A stretch of DNA of 64,000 nt from the human T2T-CHM13v2.0 reference genome, Homo sapiens, in the NCBI RefSeq assembly GCF_009914755.1, contig NC_060933.1; one strand, given 5' to 3'. Below the pieces are notes generated by a model. That model had not been told where the DNA came from, made no database searches, and saw only the letters and a program-made list of their open reading frames with translations. The number at the start of each line of letters is the position of its first letter. Within the stretch, counting starts at the first letter, position 1. A program made the position numbers and the translations under genes. Shown here piece after piece: positions 1 to 27,044 of the stretch.

Positions 1-161
1 GTGGCAGTTGCAGCACTGAAGTGGAGAAGGAGACCCAGGAGAAGATGACCATCCTCCAGACATACTTCCGGCAGAACAGGGATGAAGTCTTGGACAACCT
101 CTTGGCTTTTGTCTGTGACATTCGGCCAGAAATCCATGAAAACTACCGCATAAATGGATAG
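1..161 (+). CDS. ATP6V1G1: V-type proton ATPase subunit G1, last coding exon (5'-truncated by the window edge)
   Basis: Frame from nt 3 reads GSCSTEVEKETQEKMTILQTYFRQNRDEVLDNLLAFVCDIRPEIHENYRING, then TAG at 159-161. This is the recognisable C-terminus of V-ATPase G1. Confidence 0.96.
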   Translation, partial: GSCSTEVEKETQEKMTILQTYFRQNRDEVLDNLLAFVCDIRPEIHENYRING

Positions 162-1300
162 AAGAGAGAAGCACCTGTGCTGTGGAGTGGCATTTTAGAT
201 GCCCTCACGAATATGAAGCTTAGCACAGCTCTAGTTACATTCTTATGATATGGCATTAAATTATTTCCATATATTATATAATAGGTCCTTCCACTTTTTG
301 GAGAGTAGCAAATCTAGCTTTTTTGTACAGACTTAGAAATTATCTAAAGATTTCATCTTTTTACCTCATATTTCTTAGGAATTTAATGGTTATATGTTGT
401 CTTTTTTTCCTATGTCTTTTGGCTCAAGCAACATGTATATCAGTGTTGACTTTTTCTTTCTTAGATCTAGTTTAAAAAAAAAAAAAACCACATAACAATT
501 CTTTGAAGAAAGGAAGGGATTAAATAATTTTTTTCCCTAACACTTTCTTGAAGGTCAGGGGCTTTATCTATGAAAAAGTAGTAAATAGTTCTTTGTAACC
601 TGTGTGAAGCAGCAGCCAGCCTTAAAGTAGTCCATTCTTGCTAATGGTTAGAACAGTGAATACTAGTGGAATTGTTTGGGCTGCTTTTAGTTTCTCTTAA
701 TCAAAATTACTAGATGATAGAATTCAAGAACTTGTTACATGTATTACTTGGTGTATCGATAATCATTTAAAAGTAAAGACTCTGTCATGCATTTTTCCCC
801 ATTCTTTTTTTTTTCCCTGTCTCCGTGACAACCAGTGGTTCTTCATTTTTGATCATGCGAAATGCATTTTGACCCAGATGGTCTGCAGAACTTCACTTAG
901 GACATTAGCACACAAATAGCACACATATCACATACCCATTTATATACATAATTAGAAAATGTTCCTGATACATGTGTCATGTGATTTCTTCCAACAAATG
1001 TTTTGGAAAACAGCAAGCAACTAGTCTGTAGGTTGTCTTTTCTCTAGAGATCCTTGTCCTGGGACAGCCTGGGGCAAGTTATTAAGCATATTTCCTTCCT
1101 GGTGGGCTAGATGATGTGCATTATACCTGTAGTACCTTCATACTAGCCCTTACAAGTTAAATGTCCTGTGGCCATCTTAGCCGAAAGTCTTTGGTTGCAA
1201 AATCTTATAGGTAAAAACAGTTGAAAGAACATTATGGGATTTCCTTGCTTGTTCTGATACAATACAACTAGATGACCTTAAAAACCCTCATATTTAATAT
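162..1300 (+). other. ATP6V1G1: ATP6V1G1 3'UTR with variant poly(A) signals (3' end approximate)
   Basis: AT-rich, repeat-free sequence after the stop. ATTAAA at 255 and 519, AGTAAA at 772, AATACA at 1261. No canonical AATAAA, so the end cannot be fixed exactly. Confidence 0.65.
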
Positions 1301-1408
1301 GACTCAGGATTTTATTTTTCAGACCACTACTGTCTCTAGTTACTGTTTCATTTCTCTGTTCCTTTTTAATAGAATTCCTCAAAAGAGTGACTGGATGAGC
1401 TTTTCCTG

Positions 1409-1439
<31 letters not shown>

Positions 1440-1577
1440 GTTAAAACCCTCAAGGCTTGCTGTGCCACTGAAGCTGTATGTCAAGATCAGCAATGTGGTC
1501 CAGGTTGAGAAAGCTCATCCTCTTCCTCCTTGACCTTCAGTACTCTGACAGGGTTGACCATTCCTTCCTTGAAGCAC

Positions 1578-2242
1578 TTTTTTTGAGACAGGGTCTCATT
1601 CTGTGGCCCAGGTTGGAGTGCAGTGGCCTGGTGTGATCTCAGCTCACTGCAACCTCCGTGTCCCGTGTTCAGTCGGCCCACCTCAGTCTCTCAAGTACCT
1701 AGGACTACAGGCACACACCACCGCACCTGGCTACTTTTTCTGTTTTTAGTAGAGACAGGGTTTCTCCATGTTCCCTGGGCTGGTCTCAAACTTCTGGGCT
1801 CAAGCGATCCTCCTGCCTTGGCTTCCCAAAGTGCTGGGATTACAGGTGTGAGCCACTGCACCCAGCCCACTTTACTTAGCTTCCATCGTGCAGTATTGTG
1901 CTTCCTTGCTTCTCATTCTCTCCCTCATTCTTCCTTCAACTTTTTTTTTTTTTTTTTTTTTGAGATGGAGTTTTGTTCTGTTGCCCAGGCTGGAGTGTGG
2001 TGGCATGATCTCGGCTCACTGCAGCCTCTGCCTCCCGGGGTTCAGGTGATTATACTGCCTCAGCCTCCCTAGTAGCTGGGACTACAGGTGTGCGCCACCA
2101 TGGCCAGCTAATTTTTGTGTTTTTAGTAGAGACAGGGTTTCACCATGTTGGCCAGGATGGTCTCAATCTCTTGACCTCATGATCTGCCCACCTCGGCCTC
2201 CCAAAGTGCTGGGATTACAGGTGTGAGCCACTGCACCCGGCC
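1578..2242 (-). mobile_element. Two tandem Alu elements (~1578-1867 and ~1941-2242)
   Basis: Poly-T followed by reverse-complement Alu body ending ...gtgagccactgcacccagcc / ...cccggcc. Confidence 0.95.
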
Positions 2243-2255
2243 TCCTTCAGCTTAA

Positions 2256-4774
<2,519 letters not shown>

Positions 4775-5424
4775 CCAAGGTTTTGTTCTTGGACTTCTCT
4801 AACATTCTATTGGTGAGACCACATTCATTTCCAGGCTTTATTACCTATACTGAAGACCCAAATTTCTATCTCAAACCCATTTCTCTTGAGCTGTAGTCAT
4901 TAAATTGCTTATTTGATATTTTGACTTGGATGTCTGGTAAACATCTCCATCTTAACATGTCAGTTTGGAGGGCTTAACAAACTGTATCCAGTTTTGTTAA
5001 GGCTTTACTCTCCTTATTGCTAAGTGTAGCAACTCCTAATCTCTGCCAACTGCAAATACAGATTTCCCAAACTGGAGAAACATGAAGCAACACTCATGTT
5101 CAAGTGCTTAGACTCAATGTTTAAATGGGTTGCCAACAGTATTTTTATTCTGGATTAATGGAGTTGTGCTTATTTACTTAACTGCTTGACTATTAATACT
5201 GAGCCAAGCAACCCAACGTTGCCAGTCACAGAAACCAACAGCAGAGAGGTTTTATTTTTTTGAGACGCTCTTTCGCCCAGGCTGGAGTGCAGTGGCATAA
5301 CGATCAGGGCTCACTGCAGCTTCAACCTCTTGGGCTCAAGCCATCTGCCTGCCTCAGACTCCAGAGTGCAGAGATTACAGGTATGAACCACCATGCCTGG
5401 CCGGGAGGGTTTCCTTTTGTACAC

Positions 5425-5570
5425 TTAATACATTATAGGGCTTTGTAGCAGTGTCCCTGGCCTCTACCCACTAGATGCCAGCAGAACCCCTTCAGTTGTG
5501 AAACAAAAAATATCTCCAGATATTGTCAAATGTCCCCTGGGTGCCAAAAACCACCCCCAGATTAGAGAAG
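5425..5570 (-). mobile_element. MER20 (hAT-Charlie) DNA transposon fragment
   Basis: ccctggcctctacccactagatgccagc...tctccagatattgtcaaatgtcccctgg is the reverse complement of the MER20 core. Confidence 0.8.
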
Positions 5571-6036
5571 ATAAGGCACTATACAAGATGTCTGGAACAT
5601 TCTAGGTACTCAGCAAATGTTTCCTAATTTTCTAAAATTTGCTGTCCTTTTCTCAGACTAATCATTCTTGATTACAAGTTTAATAATAGCTGCATCGGTC
5701 AGGACAGGACAGGTTCTGAAATCTCTGTGGCTTAATGTAACAAAGGTTTATTTCTTACAAAATCTGATACAAGTTGGGTGACTTCAGGGTGACTGTTCTC
5801 CATGTGGCCGCTCAGTGATTTGGATTACTTCCAGTTTGTGTCTCTACCATCTCACCACATGGTTTCCATGAAATTTCAGTGATGGGAAGAAAAAGTTGGC
5901 AAGCATGCATCAGCTCTCACCTGCTTCAGTCCTCAAATGACACTTGTTCTCAGCATATTGGTGTAGGTCACGTGTCCCGACCCAACACAAGGGAGGCTAA
6001 GAAATAAGGGGAAGCCCATGGATATTCCATGGGTAA

Positions 6037-6390
<354 letters not shown>

Positions 6391-6694
6391 TAGTTGTAAG
6401 AACTTTTACATTTATATTGACTAATTTAATTCTTTTTTTTTTTTTATGGGATATGAGACTGAGAGAGGTTAAGGAACCAGCCCAAGGATGTGCAGTGATG
6501 GAGCCAAGATTCAAACTTGCAATCCGGCTTTTGCATCTGTGTTTAACCACGGTGTGTACTGAGTATTGAACAACTTCATAGCTATATACCTTTTATGTAT
6601 CTTACCCATCTGATTCTTTTCCCTTTACCTCTCCCAAATTGTAGAGTGATGCTCTTCAGTTGCCCTCTGGGCAATTTTATGTCATGTAAACCTA

Positions 6695-12106
<5,412 letters not shown>

Positions 12107-12110
<4 letters not shown>

Positions 12111-12293
12111 AAGAAAAAGAAAAAGAAAAAGAAAAAGAAAAAGAAAAAGAAGGAAGGAAGGAAAGAAAGAAAGAAAGAAAGAAGGAAAGAAAAAGAAACA
12201 AAGAGAGAAAGAAATGAAAGAAGGAAAGAAAAAGAAACAAAGAAAGAAAGAGAGAAAGAAAGAAAGAAAGAAAGAGAAAGAGAAAGAAAGAAA
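12107..12293 (+). repeat. Polypurine (GAAAAA)n/(GAAG)n/(GAAA)n microsatellite grown from an Alu tail
   Basis: ~185 nt almost entirely A/G directly after the Alu 3' end. Confidence 0.95.
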
Positions 12294-12425
12294 TGCAGGC
12301 TGTGGCATGTTTGCGTGTATGCAACAATGCTGCTATGTGTATCAGGGCAAGGCCTGTCAGCAAGGCTGGAAATCACCTTCATGTCCACTAAGAAAGAAGG
12401 GTTAAGAAAACAAAGACCCTTTCTA

Positions 12426-12814
<389 letters not shown>

Positions 12815-13849
12815 TAGGGACGTTTATGTGCCCCTTAAAAGGAAATGAGGCAGTGTGGCGCGTTCTGGCCGATGAGCGCCAAGGTACTTTGTCGAATGAA
12901 AAAGCAGAGTGCCCAACAGAATAGAAAAGGCCTTCCTTTGTGTAAACGCACACACGCACAGGTACATATGTGCTCTAAGGAAAAATACAAGGAAAGCACA
13001 AGGTTAGTGTTTTCCTCAGGGGAAAGGTTACTTACTTTTAACCGTAGACCCTTTGAAATTACGAAGGATGGCGATGGGAGTGAGCCCTTGTGAGTATAGC
13101 AATTGGGAACACGAGTGAGTATGTGTCTGGTAGCTGTGAACATTTCACACACACTATCTCATTAAATCTTCACACGACCTCATGAAGTAGCTATAATTAT
13201 CTGCTTTTTACAGAAAACGAAGGCACAAAGAGGTTAAATAATTTACCAAAGACGATAATAAGAAGTGGAGAGACCCGAATCACAGCCTAGTCTGACCCCA
13301 AACCAATGCTCTTAACAATACAGCACATACACAATTTTCCATTAGAAACAAGTCCCCGGCCAGGTGCGGTGGCTCACGCCTGTAATCCCAACACTTTGGG
13401 AGGCCAAGCAAGAGGATCGCTTGAGGTCAGGAGTCCGATAGCAGCCTGGGCAACACAGCGAAACCCCCGACTCTAAAAACAACGACAAAACCAACCAAAC
13501 AAAAACCAAACCCAAGTCCCCAATAAACTTCTGGTCTCAAATACTGCCTCATCCACGGGTTCCGTGATTGTGTGTGAGGGGGCTGGACCTCTGGAGTAAG
13601 CCGCTCCTTTACAGTGGGGAGACGGCGGGAACCCGTGCCCCAAGATGCCGTGCACGTGGTCGGCTCCGCGCGGAGGCTCCTTCCGGCGTCCCGGGGGGGC
13701 GCTCGGCTGATGAAACGCGGCCTCCAGCTCCGCTCCGCCGCGGGCCCGGGAGGCGCGTTCCCTCTTGGCCCCAAAGCGAGTCCGGCGGGCGGCTCCTCGG
13801 GGTTGGGCGACCGAGCGGGGCCGGCCGGGCGGGGGGCGGGCCCGTGAAG

Positions 13850-13982
13850 GCGGCGCAGCGCGGCGCGGGAGGCGTGCTGGGCGCGGGGCTGCGGTGCCCA
13901 GAGGCTGCGGCATTAGGGGCTCGGCGCCCCCGACCTTCCGCGTCCCGGGGTGGCGGCGGCGGCGGCGGCGGCGGCGCGGGCG
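13850..13982 (+). other. TMEM268: TMEM268 non-coding exon 1 (5' end approximate)
   Basis: Strong donor gtgagt at 13983 inside the CpG island. Joins acceptor ttttctgaag|gcata at 19536. Confidence 0.75.
13952..13975 (+). repeat. (GGC)8 trinucleotide repeat in the 5'UTR
   Basis: Eight uninterrupted GGC units, 7 nt before the exon 1 donor. Confidence 0.95.
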
Positions 13983-16757
13983 GTGAGTGTGCGCGGGCCC
14001 GGGCGCGCGCCCGTGTCCTGCGATCCGGGCTTGGTGCTGTGGGGCTCCGGGGCCGGGAAGCAGCCTGGGCGCCTCCGCCTTGGCCTGCGTTCGGGCCAGA
14101 CGGCCTGGGTTCGGCGCGGCGGGCAGCCTGCGGGGGGTCCTTCGTGCGCCCTGGGGCCCCTCCCCCGCGTGCCGGCCGTGGGAGCGGCTCTGACAAGCCT
14201 CCTGGGGGCCCGCGGTTGGGGAGGGCCAGACTGATTTATGGGGAGAAGGAGATCCCCCATCCTCAGCCGACCTGGACAGTTCCAGAGGGCGGAGACTGAG
14301 ACTGGGACGAGACAGCTGCCCAAGGCCAAGGCCGTGTATGGCGAGACAGCTCCAGCTGGCGTGAAGGAGCCTGGGTTTCAATTCTGGCCCAGTCCAGGAC
14401 TGGCTCCTTGACCTTGGATGGTACACTTTCTTTTCTGGGTCTTAACGTCCTCACCTGTAAAATGGAGAGCTCGGACTCATTGTGTCTCAAGGTTTTTCCG
14501 CCCCGAAACTTCTGTAACAGGCCCTCTTAGGGTCTCGTGTTGTGTTTTTCACAAACAAAACAAAACCTGACTTAGGAAACTGACGAATCTCAGTGCTGCA
14601 CATAGTTCCCGGGGAGGCTGGGCACTCGGTGTCTGCAGAGCTGGGGGCCTTTGCGCAATAGGACTTAAGAGTATGTTCCTTTGCAGATGCTCTCTACGGG
14701 CTGAAAAAGAGGGGAGTTGACCTTGTGCAAGATGGATATCTGGAAGTTCTGGTTAAAATGCAGAATCAGCAGAGGAGACCCAGAGAAGCTCTAGTTTTCC
14801 TGCTTAGTTGCAGGGGCCTCAAGGCTGTGCTCACTCCCCCTGCTCTGCCTCCACCCTGCTGTCTGTCTGACCTTCTGTGTTATCCTCGGGCTGGTGCAGG
14901 GCTGAGCTGGATGGGGAAATGGGGTTCAGGACATATGATAGGCATCTGCCCTTGAGGTCTTGCCAGCACCCCTCCTGCCCTCTGCAGCTTCCTGGTTGAA
15001 TGAGGGGCTGCAAGGTGACCACACAGGCTGCCCTGATGGGCATGTCCTGGCCTCTGGTCCATATCCCTTTCTGCTTGGCACTGGCCTCTCTTGGCTCTCA
15101 CCTCCACCTTTGCCAAGCCCAGGAGCCTCCTTCCTCCAGGAAGCCTTCCGGAGAACCCTTCCCCCACCCCAACCAAGGTGCTCCCTCTCACTGCCTTGTT
15201 GCAATTGTTTGTTTTGTAATTGTCTTTCCCTGAGTTTGTCTTTCCTACCAGATGGTGATCCCTAGCAGGGAGGGCTGAGTAGGAACTTCAGATTTTATTT
15301 CCAGTTTCGTGCTCAAGATAGCACAGGGCCTGGCCTGAGAAGGTGCTTAGGAAATGTCTGTGGAGTAAAAATGATGGCAGCTATATTTCTTCAATGATTC
15401 CTACTTGCCCAGTGCTATTTTGAGTGATTTACATGTGTGAACTCTTTAAACCTCACAACCACCTGAAGTTACTGTCGTTATCCCCACTTACATGTAAGGA
15501 AACTGAGGCAGAGAAGTAACTTACTCAAGGTTACACAGGTGAGAAGCGGCAGGACAGGGCCGGTTACTTTTAGCTATTACAGGAAACAGCCTCCAGGTGA
15601 ATGGAATAAAGCCTGCTGATTAGTACTTTGTGAGAGGCTGATGGGGCCAAGTAGAGTGCTGTGGTTTCTTCTGAAAGACATTGCCTCATGGGGGGATTTT
15701 GCAACAAATGGAACCTTCCACGCAGTCTGAAAGGCTACCTGTGCAACTCCAGCCTGGGCATGGTCCCTCGTGGCTGCTCGGTCCCCCAGGCCTTTTTGAG
15801 ACTCTAGTACAGCTTCTCTGGGCTGTAGGCCCCTAGCTACGATGTCCCTTCGTTTCTTGTCTGGAACATGGATCTCAGAATTATATCTGCCTCAGGGGCC
15901 TAAGAGATGATCAAATGAAGGAGGGAAGGGCTTCAGTGATTATCAAGTGCAGGGCAGAGATCCTTGTGGCTATTTTTGTTGGTACAGGAAGAAAGTAAGG
16001 CGTGATGAGAGTGAGAAACACTTAGCATATTTAGGAGAGTCTCCTGCTGTGGGCCAGGTGAGGAGGAGAAGGCCCCTGCCATCCCCAGAGTAGCATCTCA
16101 GGGCTGACTTGCATTTGTTGCTTGATCTTGCCTGGGAAATGCAGTCTCCCTTGACTCACTCTTTTTTGTTTTGTTTTGTTTTGTTTTGTAAGGGTGATTT
16201 CATGAACATTCTCAGAGACAGTCACACTAGAGTGCAGAGGGGCAAGGGCATGGAAATTATGGGCTTGGACCCTGGAGCCAGATGGCTTGGGTTTATCTCC
16301 TGGCTCCATGGCTGGTAGCATAGCCTCCCAACCTTGGGCAAGTCACTTTACATCTTTGACCTGCGGTTTTTTCTCCTGTAAAATAGGAAAATCATGTTGA
16401 GGAAAGGGGCCTGTCTGGTGAGCAGAGTACTGGATATTATGCTTGCATTTCCTTCTGTTACATCCCCACAGCAGCTATAGGAGGTAGACCTCTCTATCCC
16501 CATTTTACAGATGAGAACAGCAAGGTTCGGGTTGTTAAGTACCTTGACAGCTAATGTCAAAGAGCATGTATGTGGCAGAGTGGGAATTTAAGTCCAGGTT
16601 TTCTGGCTCTAAAGTCTTCAATGTTTTCATAGTTTGCTGCTTTGTAGCCTTAGAGCCCAGTGCAGGGCAGATACATGATAATTGTTAAAGGCTTGTCTTT
16701 TACATAGTCTTGGTTGGGAGAGGGGGCTCCTAAGTGATCTTCCAGAGCTGAAAATCG

Positions 16758-16925
16758 GGGCCAGCTTCAGGTGCATGCAATCTGTGCAGTCACACAGGGT
16801 CCCCCACTTAGGAAGCCCCTCCCATTTGGTTTAATGCTGTGCTGTCGCCATCTTGAAATTCTTCATTATTTTTGTAGAAGAGGCCCCACATTTTCATTTC
16901 GCATTGGGCCCATTCTGTAGCTGCT
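16758..16925 (+). mobile_element. MER45A (hAT-Tip100) DNA transposon
   Basis: gggccagcttca...tgtgcagtcacacaggg...ttggtttaatgctgtgctgtcgccatcttgaaattctt...ttttcatttcgcattgggccc matches the MER45A consensus as I recall it. Confidence 0.78.
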
Positions 16926-17282
16926 GCTGTTTAAAGTATTGAGAGAAGTGAAAAATGGTGAGGGCATGAGAGCCCTGTTCCCCCTCTAGGGGGCCTGATC
17001 AGTGGCCATCAGCCCTTGGGCCAGCTTGGAATCATGAAGATGTGTGCTGACTGGCCACTTCATATCTTCACAAACATCTAGAACCATGGCAGCAAAAGAC
17101 GATTCTAGTAGACCTTTCACCAAGATGGTTAGTTAGCAGGGCTGGTGTGTCATCCCAGGGGACTTAAGCCTGATTTTCCTTGGTGAGGGGTGATTTTCAG
17201 GCCTGCTGGAGGACACATAACAGAGGTAAATGTGCAGGTTGCTGCTGGAGGGAGTGGCACTGGAAACTCAGTTTCTCATTAA

Positions 17283-17438
<156 letters not shown>

Positions 17439-17875
17439 TGAGTAGCTGGGATTACAGGCGCCTGCCACCATGCCCGGCTAATTTTTGTATTTTTAGTAGA
17501 GACGGGGTTTCACCATGTTTGCCAGGCTGGTCTCAAACTCCTGACCTCAAGTGATCCGCCCGCCTCAGCCTCCCAAAGTGCTGGGATTACAGGCGTGAGC
17601 CACCGTGCTGGGTGGTGTCACTGCTTTTGCTGATGAACGTGACTGAGTGGTTCCTGCTACGCCTCTCAATGACCTGGCTGTAGGGGCTTTGGAGAGTGTC
17701 CTTTGTTCAGATGCTGTTGTATGTCCTTTATATGTGTCATCCATTGATCCTTTGCGGCAACCCTGTGGGGAGGGTACCCAGATTTGGAGAGCTGAAGCTG
17801 TCTAAGATTAAACCACTTGCCCAAGTTGACATAACTAAGAGGTGGTAGAGCTGGCTTAAAAACATTTCTTTTTTG

Positions 17876-17986
17876 AGGCTAGTCAAGTGCAGTAGTGAGA
17901 AGGGGAGAAAAGAGTAGAACAAGGAGTTTGGTCTGTAACTGACTGTGAACACACAATTGAGATAATGCACTACTTTCAGAGCAGCC
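17876..17986 (-). pseudogene. Y1 RNA (RNY1) retropseudogene
   Basis: Minus strand reads ggctgctctgaaagtagtgcattatctcaattgtgtgttcacagtcagttacagaccaaactccttgttctactcttttctccccttctcactactgcacttgactagcct, collinear with hY1. A-rich tail at 17865-17874 and imperfect TSD tagagctggc / tagaactggc. Confidence 0.92.
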
Positions 17987-18016
17987 TAGAACTGGCGTTT
18001 AAACTGGTTAGTCTGA

Positions 18017-18638
<622 letters not shown>

Positions 18639-18762
18639 TAGCCAGGATGGTCTCGATCTCCTGACCTCGTGATGTGCCAGCCTCGGCCTCCCAAAGTGCT
18701 GGGATTACAGGTGTGAGCCACCGCGCCTGGCTTCTTTTTCATTTATATTTCCTACCATCTGA

Positions 18763-19020
<258 letters not shown>

Positions 19021-19568
19021 TGATCCACCCACCTCAGCCTCCCAAAGTGCTGGGATTACAGGCGTGAGCCACCGTGCCTGGCTGATTTTTTTTTTTTTTA
19101 ATGTGTATTTTGCAGTGTCTTACAGGAAGCTACTTGAAATCCTGTGTGTAAACAAGACTCCCTGTAATGAATATACCTGTCCTGTGCCTGGTTGCCTGGG
19201 GCATCCTCTGTAAGGGAACAGAAATCCCAACTGCCTGGCAGTGGGGCCTGGTCAGCTCTTGAGTTCCCTGTGGGCCCCTGGCTGTGCCTGAGCTGGAGAA
19301 GACCCAAGACCAGAAGGGAAGTTCTCAGTTTGGGCCTTGGAAGGTTTTAGTTTCTCTTCCTCCTCCTTCTCCTCCTGGGAATTTTTCTCAGCATGTTCAA
19401 AAAGGCCAAAGTTGGCAAAAAGAGTCCGGGTAACTCTCCCTGGCCTTTGGTGACTTTGGCCCTGGAGACAGCCCCTAGGAACCCCGGCTTGCCCAGGCTC
19501 AGGCCTGAAGTTCTTTTTTGTGCTGTTTTCTGAAGGCATATGATGCTGAGCTGGCTGCTCCAGAATGA

Positions 19569-19796
<228 letters not shown>

Positions 19797-20115
19797 TAGA
19801 TAAGGTCAGGGGGAGGTGTCTTTGAGGCCATATTCTGTCATTTTTACCAGTTCTGTCTCTTGGCCTTAGACCAAGCCACCATCACTCTCTGCTGAGCCCC
19901 TGCTGTAGCTTGCTTGTTGGTCTTCTCTTTTCCATTTATTCTTTACATGGCAGCCAGAGAGCTCTTTATTATTTATTTATATTTCTGATTTATTTTTACT
20001 TATTTAGAGACAGGGTCTTGCTCTGTTATCCTGGCTGGAGTGCAGTGGCGTGATTGTAGCTCACTGGAGCCTGGAACTCCTGGGCTCAAGTAATCCTCCC
20101 ACCTCAGCCCCCTGA

Positions 20116-20619
<504 letters not shown>

Positions 20620-20796
20620 TTAGTCCAACCATGTCAGTTTCTGCTCAGTGTTTTCCATGGGGCTTAGTGTGAAGGCCTGCCTTCATATTCTTTGCTGTGC
20701 TGTTTTGCCTCAGGACCTTTGCACCTGCATTCCCTTCTGCCTGTTGTGCTTTTCCCTTGCCTCCTTTCTCCTGATGAATTTCTATTCATCCATCAG

Positions 20797-23780
<2,984 letters not shown>

Positions 23781-25158
23781 AATAACCTTTTCCTATCTTA
23801 TTAATTTGTTTATACACCAAACGTGTATTTAATGTGCCTCCTGTTTGTATCAGATCAGGGGATTCAGTGATGAACAAACCAGTGTGAGAGTGTATAGTCT
23901 GGTGGAAAAGATAGATTTTATTCAAGTAATTTCATGCATATGTAATCAAATAATTGCATACATAGGTATTTAGCTTGGGCGAGTATTAAGGAGAAGAGCG
24001 TCAGTTATGGTAGGTTTAGCAGAGGATTTGATCAGTTAGGAGTTTAGAGTGTCAAAGAGGCCTCTCTGGGGAAAGTGAATCATGAGCTGGGTTACAAATG
24101 ATGCATGGGCTGTAACTGGGTGAAGCTAGGTAGACGTGTCCTAGAGAGAGGAACAGTATATGCAAAGGCCCTGGGGTGGGGGAGAACATCATGTTCAGGG
24201 ACTGAAGGAGGCGGGTGTGGTGAGACATAGAACGAGGCTGAGGGGCTCAAGCTGAGTCTGGCAGGAGGCTAGTTTTCCTAAGGGCTGGAAGAACGTGGTA
24301 ACAAGGTTGGCTTTTGCAAAGCAACAGGAAGCGATTGAAAGTTTTCTCAAGGCATTGGTATCATCTGATCTGCACCCTGGCCACTGTGTGGAAGATGCAT
24401 TGTAGAAGTAAAGGTAGGTTTGCAGCAGAAGCCACTTAGGAGGCTACTGCAGAGGGCCAAGGGAGAGGTGAGGATGCCAGGAGGGCACAGAGTGGACAGA
24501 TGTTTTGTTTGCCTAGTTGGCAGGGCTTGGTGATACATTGGGGGAGCAGGGAGAGAGAGGGTTTGGATAGGCCAGGAATTTCCTGGAAAGTGGAGTGAGT
24601 CATTTGGCTTTGAAGACTCAAGTACTGTTCAGAGCTAGACTGGGGTGACAGGAGTTTTGGATCAGCAGACAACACACTTATGCTTTAATCTCTTCTGTCC
24701 TGCCTCATTGTCTAAGCAGCCGCCATAGAGAATATGCCAAAATATCCAGTCCTCAGCAGTGCATGGCTGAAACCTGGGATCCTAGAATCCCAGGGCTGGA
24801 ATCTCTCCCACCCCCCAGACCTCCTGGCTGCTGACCAGTGGCTCACAGGGCCTTGTACTGTGGTGCAAGGAGATCTCGATCCTTTTGTCCAGTTTCTCTA
24901 CTTGGAACTGCAGGCAGGTAGGTTTGGCTTTGTGCTGCTGCCATTCCTCCCTGGTCTTGAGGGGATTTCAGTCCAGACTTTTCTCTCCAGCTGGTCTCAT
25001 GGTCTGGCTTCATCCTACCCTTGGAGGGCGGGGGCTTTGGTAGCAGTTGTGAGCAGCCTGGGTTGATGCGTGTTTTTTGAGGGAATAAACACGTATTTTA
25101 TGCTTTTGAAATGCGGAGTGTGTTGCAGCCATACATAGGAGGGATTACAGTAAATCAG

Positions 25159-26300
<1,142 letters not shown>

Positions 26301-26687
26301 TGTGACCAGTTATTTCTTACTTAGACTCTCTGAGCCTACTGGGAATTTAACTTATTCAGCTGAGCATTCTTTGCAATGCTTAAATAAAGGTCCACTGCAT
26401 CACCCCCCTCAATGTAGTTTTTCAGTCTCTGTTTAAATATTCCTTGTGTTGGGGAACATTTTTTTGTGGGGACAAAAAATGCCTGTTTTTTATGGGGACA
26501 GCTTTTGCTCTTGGAAAATTCTTCCTTATACGGTCTCACATTGTGGTCCTAGGAGCCTCCTCCCTCTGGCCTTAATTCTGCCTCCTGGGGGCTTCCCAGT
26601 CAAATCCAGTCCTTCTCTCAAGAGGATTTGAGGATGGCCACCGTGTCCCTCCTTGTTGCGAGGAGGTTCTCATGGCCAGAGGTGTGA

Positions 26688-27044
<357 letters not shown>

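Larger units (their letters stand above)
13560..14230 (+). promoter_or_regulatory. TMEM268: CpG island, TATA-less promoter of TMEM268
   Basis: Very high GC and CpG density, GC boxes (GGGCGG) near 13826-13840, CACGTG E-box near 13654, CTTCCGG ETS-like site near 13680. Followed by a consensus donor CG|GTGAGT. Confidence 0.9.

Noticed and set aside
474-487. A-run in the ATP6V1G1 3'UTR suggesting a processed pseudogene tail
   Set aside because: No poly(A) signal at the right distance, UTR-like sequence continues, the ORF is intact, and the gene order matches the parent locus. It could cause internal oligo-dT priming.
13427-14426. Long overlapping ORFs (317, 243, 195 aa) across the CpG island
   Set aside because: Stop codons are rare in very GC-rich DNA. 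The products are low-complexity R/P/G/A, open in most frames, and run through the exon 1 donor.
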